A DNA stretch of 63,297 nt, counting the filler. It is 8 parts of 8 records of this genome, joined end to end, with 100 filler letters (N's around TTAATTAATTAA, not from the genome) between each part and the next. Parts side by side here need not be neighbours in the genome. Positions count along the whole stretch, not along the records: positions 1 to 8,774 come from SRR2962707_3396; positions 8,875 to 14,836 come from SRR2962707_3400; 6 more parts are not named here. The stretch is one strand, 5' to 3'. Both the position numbers and the translations under genes were made by a program. Shown in pieces: positions 1 to 9,339 of this stretch (within the stretch, counting starts at the first letter, position 1; every line of letters starts with the position of its first letter). The notes under the pieces are model-generated. The model was not told the DNA's origin, ran no database searches, and worked only from the letters and a program-made list of their open reading frames with translations.

Positions 1-1101
1 GTCCCAAAAGAGATTAAAAACAATGAAAACAGGGTGGCTGTAGACCCTTCAGGTGTGGTCGAATTTACCAAAAGAGGTCACGAGGTTTACATCCAGTCGA
101 CTGCAGGCAATGGAAGCGGATTCACAGATGAGCAATACATAGAAGCAGGCGCTAAAATTCTTCCAACCATCGAGGAAGTTTATGAAATAGCTGAGATGAT
201 CATGAAGGTTAAAGAGCCGATTGAGCCTGAATATAAACTTTGCAAGAAAGATCAGCTCATTTTTACTTACTTCCACTTTGCTTCTTATGAACCCCTGACT
301 AAAGCAATGATTGAGAGTGGGGCCGTGTGTCTCGCTTATGAAACCGTAGAAAAGGCAGATCGATCTCTTCCTCTATTGATCCCAATGTCTGAGGTAGCCG
401 GAAGAATGGCTGTACAAGAAGGAGCAAAATATTTGGAAAAACCGCTTAAGGGAAGAGGTATTCTCCTTGGCGGTGTTCCTGGTGTTCGTCCAGCTAAAGT
501 AATGATTTTAGGTGGGGGTGTTGTTGGTACCAATGCGGCCAAAATGGCTGCAGGAATGGGAGCAGATGTAACCATTTTGGATTTGAACTTGCAACGTTTA
601 AGGTATTTAGATGATGTGATGCCAGCCAATGTGAACACATTCATGAGTAGTGAATACAACATCAGAGAGTTGATTTCAACTCACGACCTTATCATTGGAG
701 CGGTTCTGATTCCGGGAGCTAAAGCGCCGCATTTGATTACTAAGGACATGCTGAAAGAAATGCAGCCAGGAACTGTCCTGGTGGACGTAGCTGTAGACCA
801 GGGTGGTTGTATTGAGACGTGTAAACCAACTACGCACCAGGACCCGACTTTCATCATCGACGATGTTGTGCACTACTGTGTGGCTAATATGCCTGGCGCC
901 GTTCCTTACACGTCAACGTTGGCTCTAACCAATGCTACTTTGCCTTATGCTATTCAATTAGCGAACAAAGGCTGGAAACAAGCTTGTAACGATAATGAGG
1001 AATTAAAGCTTGGATTGAATGTGATCAACGGAGAGGTAGTATATAAAGGGGTGGCGGACGCTTTTGATATGCCTTACACTCCGGTAGATAAGTTTCTTTA
1101 A
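1..1101 (+). CDS. ald: Alanine dehydrogenase, 5'-truncated by the window edge
   Basis: Frame is open from base 1 (VPKEIKNNENRVAV...). Motifs KVKEP, MSEVAGR, GGGVVG and DVAVDQGGC...YCVANMPGAVP are typical of Ald. Confidence 0.97.
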   Translation, partial: VPKEIKNNENRVAVDPSGVVEFTKRGHEVYIQSTAGNGSGFTDEQYIEAGAKILPTIEEVYEIAEMIMKVKEPIEPEYKLCKKDQLIFTYFHFASYEPLTKAMIESGAVCLAYETVEKADRSLPLLIPMSEVAGRMAVQEGAKYLEKPLKGRGILLGGVPGVRPAKVMILGGGVVGTNAAKMAAGMGADVTILDLNLQRLRYLDDVMPANVNTFMSSEYNIRELISTHDLIIGAVLIPGAKAPHLITKDMLKEMQPGTVLVDVAVDQGGCIETCKPTTHQDPTFIIDDVVHYCVANMPGAVPYTSTLALTNATLPYAIQLANKGWKQACNDNEELKLGLNVINGEVVYKGVADAFDMPYTPVDKFL

Positions 1102-1116
1102 GAAAATCAAGTTCTC

Positions 1117-1155
1117 AAAAAAGGCCCATTCATCATATGATGGATGGGCCTTTTT
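1117..1155 (+). terminator. Rho-independent terminator after ald
   Basis: Hairpin AAAAGGCCCATTCATCAT/ATGATGGATGGGCC followed by a T run. Confidence 0.85.
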
Positions 1156-1159
1156 ATTT

Positions 1160-1190
1160 CCATTCATCTGTGGCTTATGACCATTCGCCT
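1160..1190 (+). promoter_or_regulatory. Putative LytTR-binding direct repeat
   Basis: CCATTCATCT (1160) and CCATTCGCCT (1181), 21-bp period, directly upstream of the LytS/LytTR pair. Confidence 0.5.
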
Positions 1191-1247
1191 CAAAGCTTTC
1201 GTGAAGGAATAGAAAGGCTGCTTTATTTGCATTACCAAATCTGATAT

Positions 1248-2279
1248 ATGACCAGAAATACATCATATTGGCTTTTCCAATCAATTGGTTGGTTTATGTA
1301 TGGGATGATCGGAGTAATCATCGCCCTGCTTTTCTATGAGAATGTAGATGTCTGGGTGATTTTAGCCCAGTTTTTCAGTGCTGTGGTTATGCTTCTATCC
1401 ACTCACTTACTTCGATATAAAATGAAGTTGGAAGGCTGGCTGAAGTTGAAAATCAAGAAATTGATAGTCAGGTTGTTACCTGCGTTAGTGATTCTTGCTC
1501 TGTTGGCAAATGGCATCACTGTTGGTTACACCATTTTGACGACTGATATTATTCCATTGGACAAAATCAGTCCCACGGTTTTTTTACTTTTTTCATTCCA
1601 GACGTTCGTTTATTTCTGCTTATGGACTGCCGTTTATCTGATCATCTATTTCTTTAGAAATTATAAGAAAGAAGAAGTGGAAAAGTGGCAACTTCAGACG
1701 GCCGTAAAAGACGCTGAGCTGATTGCTTTAAAAGCTCAGATCAACCCTCACTTCTTATTCAATGCATTAAATAATATTCGTGCACTCATTCTGGAGGATC
1801 ATATGAAAGCTCGTGATATGGTATCGCATCTATCCGAGCTCCTGAGGTACAGTATCCAATTCAATGATAATGAGAAAGTAACCGTAGAGGAGGAGCTTGA
1901 AATTGTAAATAAATACCTTGAGTTGGAGAGCATCCACTATGAAAACCGACTCCACTATGAAATCCTTCCCAACAAGGATTTGAGTCGTTGCAAAATCCCT
2001 CCAATGCTGATTCAATTAATGGCCGAAAATGCGATCAAACATGGTATTTCTCAGGTAAAGAATGGCGGAGATATTCTAATTTCAATTGATAAGGAGGGGA
2101 ATGATCTGGTGCTTGAAGTCAGTAATACAGGAAAGCTGAAGAAGAACTTAGGTAATGGAATAGGGTTAAGAAATGCAACCGAAAGGATTCGGATACTATT
2201 TGACAGTGAGCCTGACCTTGAGCTATTTGAGCAGGGGAACATGGTTCGGTCCAGACTTAAACTACCAATAGAAAAATGA
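1248..2279 (+). CDS. LytS/YehU-family membrane sensor histidine kinase
   Basis: About four N-terminal TM helices, LKAQINPHFLFNALN H-box, ENAIKHG and GIGLRN. Confidence 0.93.
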   Translation: MTRNTSYWLFQSIGWFMYGMIGVIIALLFYENVDVWVILAQFFSAVVMLLSTHLLRYKMKLEGWLKLKIKKLIVRLLPALVILALLANGITVGYTILTTDIIPLDKISPTVFLLFSFQTFVYFCLWTAVYLIIYFFRNYKKEEVEKWQLQTAVKDAELIALKAQINPHFLFNALNNIRALILEDHMKARDMVSHLSELLRYSIQFNDNEKVTVEEELEIVNKYLELESIHYENRLHYEILPNKDLSRCKIPPMLIQLMAENAIKHGISQVKNGGDILISIDKEGNDLVLEVSNTGKLKKNLGNGIGLRNATERIRILFDSEPDLELFEQGNMVRSRLKLPIEK

Positions 2280-2986
2280 AAGCAATAATCGTAGATGATA
2301 CCAGATTGGCTCGACAGGAACTACAATTTTTGTTGAAAAACTACAAGGATGTGGAAATAATTGATGAAGCTGAGAATGTAGATGAAGCCAAAAAGAAAAT
2401 AGAGGAGTTAAAGCCTGATCTTGTATTTCTGGATATTCAGATGCCGGATAAAAATGGGTTTGATTTGCTGGAGATGTTGGATGAGGTGCCGCAAATTGTT
2501 TTCACAACAGCGTACAGCGAATATGCTATCAAGGCGTTTGACTATAATGCGCTGGATTACTTAAAAAAGCCGATAACAGATGATCGTTTAGCCCTCGCAC
2601 TTCAACGGGTTAGGGAAAATCTGGAAAAGCTCGACGAACCTAAAGATGTATTGAATGTGAATAGCCAGGTGTTTGTAAAAGATGGTGAAAAGTGTTGGTT
2701 CGTGACTTTGAAAGATGTTCGATTATTTGAAATTTGGGACAATTATACCCGTATCTATTTCGATGAACACAAGCCGATGATTCCTAAGACTCTTCAATAC
2801 ATGGAGAGTAGGCTGGATCCAAAAGTGTTTTTCAGAGCCAACCGTCAGCAGATTGTCAATATGAAGTGGATTGACAAGATTGAGCCATGGTTTAGTGGAA
2901 CCATCAGGCTATATCTAAAAGATGGAACGGAAGTTGAAGTAAGTAGACGTCAAACCTCAAGGTTTAAGGAGTTGATGAGCTTTTAA
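2276..2986 (+). CDS. LytR/AlgR-family response regulator (REC + LytTR)
   Basis: IVDD, FLDIQMP, FTTAY, FFRANRQQIVN, EVSRR; ATGA overlap with the kinase gene. Confidence 0.95.
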   Translation: MKAIIVDDTRLARQELQFLLKNYKDVEIIDEAENVDEAKKKIEELKPDLVFLDIQMPDKNGFDLLEMLDEVPQIVFTTAYSEYAIKAFDYNALDYLKKPITDDRLALALQRVRENLEKLDEPKDVLNVNSQVFVKDGEKCWFVTLKDVRLFEIWDNYTRIYFDEHKPMIPKTLQYMESRLDPKVFFRANRQQIVNMKWIDKIEPWFSGTIRLYLKDGTEVEVSRRQTSRFKELMSF

Positions 2987-5231
2987 GTAGATTCTGTAGT
3001 TTCTTTATTGATTTCCTGTTGCTTTCAATATTGATGTTGTTGATGATATGTTGTTTCTCCTTGGTGGTCAGATGCCAACTAAGTGAGGCGCGTTCTACAT
3101 CCGAAACTTGTTTGTCTTTTTCAAACGAATCATAAGCTATCTCTACAACATCCATATCCCCCTCAAACCAAAGCTTCATTTGTTCCAGACGGAAATCGTT
3201 GTTAATATCCTGCATGTTGGTGAGGTTATTATAGACACTAGCTATAGGGTAAGTTAAACGATCTATTACAGAGGGATTTGGTCTTTTTTCTATTGGTGCA
3301 TTTGATTTTGTATCTCGTACAACAAGGAACACCACACCGCCAGTATTCTCTGTTATCCAGTCTTTGAATACGTTCACAAACCTGATAGCATCCGAAACGC
3401 CAAAATTGTCGGAGATACCCGCATCCATTATTTCGACACGTGGGTCTGCAGGAAGGCTAATGTTTGGGGTGATGTAAGGAAAGCTTGCAGACATTCTCAG
3501 GGCCGTTAAAAAGCTGAGTTTTTCCGGCTCATTGTGTCTGAACAGGGCTTGAAAATCAACTCCTCGGATGTTTCCTTCATTTCCATCCAATACCGAGGAA
3601 GATACCCCCATATACGAAATAGGTTGTGATGAGATGTAAAGCTTTCGGCCATCATTAGCAATCGTAGGTGACATGATCAATGTAGGGGTTTCTGCATTTG
3701 CTTCAGGCACCTGGTAGTCGCTTATTTGTTTGTCAAGAACCTGTCCAAGATTCTTATTTAAATTTTTTTCAAATACAAAGCCACGATCTACATTGTAAGT
3801 TCTGCCGGCATACTCGTGTTGCCTGATTTTGAAAAACAGGTCATTGACTAACAGCCCGAAAATGACGGGGTTTAGATTGTCTTTGCCAATTCTGTTGAGT
3901 AGCTCTTTTCCCTCTTCTTTCAAAGCGATGTTTGAGATTTGCCTTTGTACCTCTCGATAATATGCTGCTCCAATCACTCCACCGGAAGCTCCGGTGATCA
4001 GGAAGGTTTGATCCATGAGCTGACCGTTGAGAGCACTGTCAGCTTTTAGTAATGAATTGACAGTCCAAAGAGCAGCACGCTGACCACCACCACTCACACA
4101 TAGAAACACCATTTTTTGTTCTTTGGGATTTTTCCATTTGACTTTCCATTTTTCCAATGTTTCCAACATGTGCAGTCGGTCATGAATGTACTGTTCTTTC
4201 GAATGTACACGAGCAAGATTTTCAATCGTGTATTCCGTTTTTGTTGTGTCATAATTCAAGCCAGTGGCCTCATTCACACCTTTACCAAGGCCGGTTTTTA
4301 CTCCGGTGTTGACGAGCATAAATATGCCAAAGGCAAAAGTCAATCCCCATCCTTTAAACCAATAACTGATGGCACCAACCAGCATTACAGCGATAGCAAA
4401 GATCAGGAGTGAGCTTGCTGCAGCTGGTATTTGTAGAAACTCAATATTCATAAAAAAGCCGAGCAGCAAAATGACTCCAATGATGCATAATTCTACTACC
4501 ACAGAGTTGAAGTGGTTTTGATCAAATACTCGAATGATTGCTTCCTTATTTTTAAAATCAACGATGTGTTCAGTTGATCGTACACTCAAATTGAGGTCTA
4601 AATAGTTAGTTACATTGTATTCATCGGCCTTATTCTCCTGAATTTTTTTCATGACCCGATCACGACTAAGTCCGCTCTTACGGAGACGCTTATCAAGTGA
4701 GCCCGCCAGGAATATGAATATGTCTTTATTCGTGAAACGAAAGTAGAAGATCATCAAAATTTGCATCGTGATAATTCCTAAGATCAAACCGATGACATAG
4801 AGGAGAATGTCTGTCGTTTGAGCAAGTCCGTTTTCTACCTGAAATCGTACTAGAAAAATGATGTATGCGATCAGCGTGATTAATGGAATAAGGCTATTGT
4901 TAATCGAAAACTTGGTAAATGGTCGTTGCAAGGTTCCTATGAACCGGAACCGGTGGCCATCCAGGATATAGGTTGTGATATGCCAGGCCATGATCAGGTT
5001 TCCGAAGCTTATGCCCACAATGTAAAAACTCCAGAAGCCAACTTTGCCCAAATACTCCGGATCTAAGAACAGGTAATGAATCCCATATACCCTGCCAAGC
5101 CCTCCTGTAAATGCAGCAACAATAATGAACCAGACTGCCAGTAATGCCAGATTTTTCTTGAAATGATGAAATGTCAATTGCATCATCAATGAATGGATTA
5201 CCTGATTTATGGCTTTTTTAAGTTTGTTCAT
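2964..5231 (-). CDS. Multi-TM membrane protein with a C-terminal patatin-like phospholipase domain
   Basis: Hydrophobic N-terminal ~310 aa, then SGGGQRAA (oxyanion), GASGG (nucleophile) and DAG motifs. Confidence 0.8.
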   Translation of the reverse strand: MNKLKKAINQVIHSLMMQLTFHHFKKNLALLAVWFIIVAAFTGGLGRVYGIHYLFLDPEYLGKVGFWSFYIVGISFGNLIMAWHITTYILDGHRFRFIGTLQRPFTKFSINNSLIPLITLIAYIIFLVRFQVENGLAQTTDILLYVIGLILGIITMQILMIFYFRFTNKDIFIFLAGSLDKRLRKSGLSRDRVMKKIQENKADEYNVTNYLDLNLSVRSTEHIVDFKNKEAIIRVFDQNHFNSVVVELCIIGVILLLGFFMNIEFLQIPAAASSLLIFAIAVMLVGAISYWFKGWGLTFAFGIFMLVNTGVKTGLGKGVNEATGLNYDTTKTEYTIENLARVHSKEQYIHDRLHMLETLEKWKVKWKNPKEQKMVFLCVSGGGQRAALWTVNSLLKADSALNGQLMDQTFLITGASGGVIGAAYYREVQRQISNIALKEEGKELLNRIGKDNLNPVIFGLLVNDLFFKIRQHEYAGRTYNVDRGFVFEKNLNKNLGQVLDKQISDYQVPEANAETPTLIMSPTIANDGRKLYISSQPISYMGVSSSVLDGNEGNIRGVDFQALFRHNEPEKLSFLTALRMSASFPYITPNISLPADPRVEIMDAGISDNFGVSDAIRFVNVFKDWITENTGGVVFLVVRDTKSNAPIEKRPNPSVIDRLTYPIASVYNNLTNMQDINNDFRLEQMKLWFEGDMDVVEIAYDSFEKDKQVSDVERASLSWHLTTKEKQHIINNINIESNRKSIKKLQNLLKSSSTP

Positions 5232-5376
5232 TTTACGTTTATCGAGTAATTAACCTGATGAAGTAGACTCAAGTACTTGTTGATCGAAATTGAATCTATC
5301 TCTCCGAATATAGTCACTATCTTCATACCACAATTCACAACTAATCCCGAAAAAACAAGTCTTTTCGACTAAGCAT

Positions 5377-5404
5377 AAAGAACCCCGCAATAGCGGGGTT
5401 TATT
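5377..5404 (-). terminator. Terminator downstream of the cystathionine gamma-synthase/lyase gene
   Basis: AACCCCGC-AATA-GCGGGGTT hairpin. Confidence 0.75.
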
Positions 5405-5424
5405 GTTTTACTAACAGCAACTTT

Positions 5425-6564
5425 TTATCCGATGGCTTGTTCAAGGTCTGCGATCAAATCATCTATGTCTTCAATTCCTACACTTAGTCTTATCAATGAA
5501 TCAGTTAATCCAACTGAAAGACGTTGTTCCCTCGGCACACTGGCATGAGTCATACTTGCAGGATGTCCGACGAGTGATTCTACACCTCCCAGTGATTCGG
5601 CAAGACTGAAAATCTTAAAGCTACTCAGCGTTTTATTGGCTTGTTCAATCGTATCCTCTGTCTGAATAAACGAAATCATTCCACCAAATCCTCTCATCTG
5701 GCTTTTTGCTACCTCATGGTTAGGGTGATCTTTGAAACCCGGCCAAAATACCTTTTCTACCTTATGATGATTTTTGAGGTAATTGGCTATTTGCTCTCCA
5801 TTTTCGCAGTGACGCTGCATACGTACATGCAATGTTTTGACTCCTCGAAGCACAAGGAAGCAATCCTGCGGGCCCGGTATTGCTCCGCTTGAGTTTTGAA
5901 TGAAAGCAAATTCCTTATCCATAACAGGATCATTTGTCCCCAGGAATCCCATGACCACATCCGAGTGACCTGCAATGTATTTTGTAACCGAGTGCATCAC
6001 TATATCAGCACCAAGATCCAATGGATTTTGAAGATAAGGTGAGGCAAAAGTGTTATCCACCGCCACCATTACATTTTTCTTTCGTCCCAAATCTGCAATC
6101 GCCCTGATGTCCAGAATGTTCATCATGGGATTGGTTGGGGTCTCTGCCCAAATTAGCTTCGTTTTGGTGGTAATTGCACTTTCGACATTGCTTACATCTT
6201 GCATATCCACAAATGTGAATTTGATGCCGTATTTGGCGAATACTTTGGTGAATAACCTGTAAGTGCCGCCATAGAGATCGGAGGTACTGATTACCTCATC
6301 TCCGGAATTTAGTGTTTTGATTACTGTCTCAGTGGCACTCATGCCAGACCCAAAACACCTGCCAAACTGTGCGTTTTCCAGAGCAGCCAGGTTCTTTTCA
6401 AGTGCATCGCGGGTTGGGTTTTTTGTTCGGGCATATTCGTAACCCTTGTGAATGCCGGGTGCATCCTGGACGTAAGTGGATGTTTGAAAAATGGGAGTCA
6501 TAATTGCTCCGGTTGAGGGGTCCGGCTCAATGCCGGCATGAAGGGCTTTTGTTCCAAATTTCAT
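5425..6564 (-). CDS. Cystathionine gamma-synthase/gamma-lyase (Cys/Met PLP enzyme)
   Basis: YEYARTKNPT, DNTFASP, HSVTKYIAGHSD (PLP lysine), AESLGGVESL, RLSVGIED. Confidence 0.93.
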   Translation of the reverse strand: MKFGTKALHAGIEPDPSTGAIMTPIFQTSTYVQDAPGIHKGYEYARTKNPTRDALEKNLAALENAQFGRCFGSGMSATETVIKTLNSGDEVISTSDLYGGTYRLFTKVFAKYGIKFTFVDMQDVSNVESAITTKTKLIWAETPTNPMMNILDIRAIADLGRKKNVMVAVDNTFASPYLQNPLDLGADIVMHSVTKYIAGHSDVVMGFLGTNDPVMDKEFAFIQNSSGAIPGPQDCFLVLRGVKTLHVRMQRHCENGEQIANYLKNHHKVEKVFWPGFKDHPNHEVAKSQMRGFGGMISFIQTEDTIEQANKTLSSFKIFSLAESLGGVESLVGHPASMTHASVPREQRLSVGLTDSLIRLSVGIEDIDDLIADLEQAIG

Positions 6565-6777
6565 GCGTTCTATGTCTTTGTTATTTCCAAGAAAGAGGGA
6601 ATTTATGCATTAAGTAGTTCGCAATGAAATCTTCTTATTTTTAGTTCATTGGTGATTTTCGTCATTTTATCGACCCGTTGGAGCAGGTGACCTAATTCCT
6701 GTCAAATACGCAATTTTTTGTGCTATCCTTGTTGCATCAATCAGCTATTCATTATTGACACCTAATATCGAATAGCA

Positions 6778-7248
6778 ATGAAACAAGTCACCACACTAAT
6801 TCTTTTCTTACTGTCATTTTACGCCTCTTCTCAATACTATTCCGGCTATTATGTGAGCGATCCACAGGTCCATGCCTTCGATCATTTTAAGATCAAGCAT
6901 AAACATGACCATACGAAACTGGATGGTGATCTCACCATTCATGCTTACATCGAGCATAATGAACTGTGGGAACAAACTGCTCATTATGTTTCGGATGAAA
7001 AACTACGTGAAAAGCTAATTACCGATTACGGCCATGGGGAGGAGGTTATATCTGTTCATGTGCTGAAATTCATGTGGGATGGAAACGAATGGGAGTATAT
7101 CATGCTTGGATATATTGCTACAGATAACCATCGTCATTTTATTGTAATTGAGGAAATCTTCAACAATGAGACTGAGACCAGACTACTGGAATTCAATCGT
7201 TTTGACTGGGTAAAGGGCCATCATTTGACTGCTATTGGGAGTCATTGA
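6778..7248 (+). CDS. Secreted hypothetical protein, His-rich
   Basis: Signal peptide MKQVTTLILFLLSFYASS-Q; 15 His in 156 aa. Confidence 0.7.
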   Translation: MKQVTTLILFLLSFYASSQYYSGYYVSDPQVHAFDHFKIKHKHDHTKLDGDLTIHAYIEHNELWEQTAHYVSDEKLREKLITDYGHGEEVISVHVLKFMWDGNEWEYIMLGYIATDNHRHFIVIEEIFNNETETRLLEFNRFDWVKGHHLTAIGSH

Positions 7249-7745
7249 ACCTTTGGTTGGGGTAGTTTTATCTTAGCATCTTTAAAGTAGGCAACCCGGA
7301 GCTGCACTCCTCGCGAGTCGAAACCAACGAATATGAGGTTTCGGGTACCCCATATGGCCTCTTTGATTTGCTGGAGGTGTGGGTTCTCAAATGCGCATAA
7401 AATGCCGATGATATCATGTGTCTGATAGGCTTCTTCTTTGTTAAGGGTATCAAATACTGTTTGAAAAAGACGCATGGCTACTTTCTGTTGCCTGTATGGA
7501 CTTGAAACATAAGACCTGTAGACAAGAAAATTATTTTGAAGCAAGGGGTAGGTGGATTTCACCCCGGTAGCAACACCCACAATAGCATCTTTGTATGTAC
7601 AAACCGCAAGTAACTCATCCGATCTTTTTTTAGCATCTTCTTCTTTTGTAATGGCTCCTTCTTTAAGCCAAAATTCCACTACGGACTTCTTTAGGTCATC
7701 GGTTACATTTTGCCATACAAATTCAATGCTCAGGTTTTTATTCAT
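7242..7745 (-). CDS. Hypothetical protein, possible GNAT-like fold
   Basis: IVGVAT beta strand and YVSSPYRQQKVA resemble GNAT motif A (V..x.RxxGxA). Confidence 0.55.
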   Translation of the reverse strand: MNKNLSIEFVWQNVTDDLKKSVVEFWLKEGAITKEEDAKKRSDELLAVCTYKDAIVGVATGVKSTYPLLQNNFLVYRSYVSSPYRQQKVAMRLFQTVFDTLNKEEAYQTHDIIGILCAFENPHLQQIKEAIWGTRNLIFVGFDSRGVQLRVAYFKDAKIKLPQPKVQ

Positions 7746-7829
7746 TTTTTACATTGCTTTGAGTAGCCAAGATATTGTAAACTTTACAATTAATAACTTT
7801 AGAGCCAATCGATAATTTTCACCACATTT

Positions 7830-8774
7830 ATGTACGATCTAAACGCCAAATCTTCACAAGACGACACTCAGAAGTTAGAAAAGGAGAATCCCTTTAACTA
7901 TCAACATACAAAATCATTTGCACAAATTCTCCATGCACTGAAGAGTAGTTTGGTTCTCAGTACCTACCAGACTGGGAAGGTGGTTATGTTTAGTCCTAAG
8001 AACGATTCTCAAATGATCCAGCTACCCAGGAATTTCAGGAAGCCGATGGGAGTTGCTTCTCATGACAAACACCTTGCGATCGCATGTTTAAATGAAATAG
8101 TCTTAACCCATAGATCGGCAAATGCTGCAAAATCATACCCTAAGAAGCCTGATGTCTATGATGCGATATACCTGCCTAGGTCAACCCATTTTACAGGAAT
8201 CGTAGACACACATGATATTTCTTATGGTAAGGGAGGTCTTTGGGCTGTGATTACACAATTCTCATGTATTGCGCAGCTAGACCCTCGCTTTAGCTTTTTA
8301 CCAAAATGGAAGCCACATTTCATTTCAGATTTAGCTCCTGGTGATAGATGTCATCTCAATGGAATGACCTTAAAGGATGGAGTGCCTAAATATGTAACAG
8401 CGCTTGGCAAGTCGGACAAACCCGGAGGGTGGAGAGAAAATAAGCTCAACGGTGGTATTCTAATGGACGTTGAGACCAATGAAATTTTATTAGATGGGCT
8501 TGCAATGCCGCATAGCCCACGTTTAGTGGGGGATGATATTTATTACCTTCAATCAGCAGATGGTGAGCTTTGGAAATACCATATTCCTTCTAAGTCTAAT
8601 GAACGTATTTGCGAAGTTCCCGGATTTGCCAGAGGGATGTCTTTTTATCAAAACTTCTTATTTGTCGGCCTATCAAAAATCAGGGAGGATAGCAAGGATT
8701 TTGGTAAGATGCCAGTCGCATCAAAAAATCCAATTGCCGGAGTAGCAATAGTAAATCTTAGAACCAAACGTGTA
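7830..8774 (+). CDS. TIGR03032/DUF4915 family protein, 3'-truncated
   Basis: STYQTGK, WKPHFISDLAPGDRCHLNG, GLAMPHSPR, PGFARG and FVGLSKIR are hallmark motifs of this family. Confidence 0.88.
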
Positions 8775-8874
8775 NNNNNNNNNNNNNNNNNNNNNNNNNN
8801 NNNNNNNNNNNNNNNNNNTTAATTAATTAANNNNNNNNNNNNNNNNNNNNNNNNNNNNNNNNNNNNNNNNNNNN
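8775..8874. other. Artificial contig spacer (N44-TTAATTAATTAA-N44)
   Basis: Identical 100-bp linker with stops in all frames; genes are truncated and composition changes across it. Confidence 0.98.
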
Positions 8875-9201
8875 TTGCTCGAAGCTCACTACTTTTTGCA
8901 ACCAGTTTTTATGCTTGCGTAAGTAACTAATAGCAATATTGCTGGTTACACTGTGCAACCAAGTAGAAAACTGCGACTGCCCTTCAAAGCTGGCGATTTT
9001 GTGCCACAGTTGCACAAACACTTCCTGAGTTGCATCTTCAGCGTGTTCGCGATCTGCTAATAAACGTAAGCACAAACCATAAACCCGCTTTACATGTAAC
9101 TCATAAAGTGCCGCATAGGCATTTTGATCGCCGCTTTTAACACGTGTTATAAGTGTATCTTCACTTAGCTGTGTAAAGGCCTGTTTTGCATCTATCAACA
9201 T
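8875..9201 (-). CDS. ECF RNA polymerase sigma-70 factor, 3'-truncated
   Basis: GDQNAYAALY, AEDATQEVF, FEGQSQFSTWLHSV (region 2). Confidence 0.9.
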
Positions 9202-9245
9202 CTTAGATGTTGTCCCTTTATGATTATTGTTCTGAATTTAGTGTA

Positions 9246-9275
9246 TTAGACGCAAGGTAGGATCGAAAAGGTTTA
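9246..9275 (-). promoter_or_regulatory. Putative ECF-type (autoregulatory) promoter
   Basis: Minus strand TAAACC-N17-CGTCTAA, matching the AAC/CGT pattern of ECF promoters, 45 bp upstream of the sigma gene. Confidence 0.55.
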
Positions 9276-9297
9276 AATGAAATAAAATTATTTTGAT

Positions 9298-9325
9298 AAA
9301 ACGGCTAACTGAAAAATTAACCGTT
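9298..9325 (-). terminator. Probable terminator of the minor-pilin operon
   Basis: Minus strand AACGGTTAAT...GTTAGCCGTTTT hairpin just after the pilX stop. Confidence 0.5.
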
Positions 9326-9339
9326 ATTAGAGAGGAGGA

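Noticed and set aside
8819-8830. TTAATTAATTAA repeated seven times, considered as a biological repeat or att site
   Set aside because: Always centred in identical N44 flanks; it is an all-frame-stop assembly linker.
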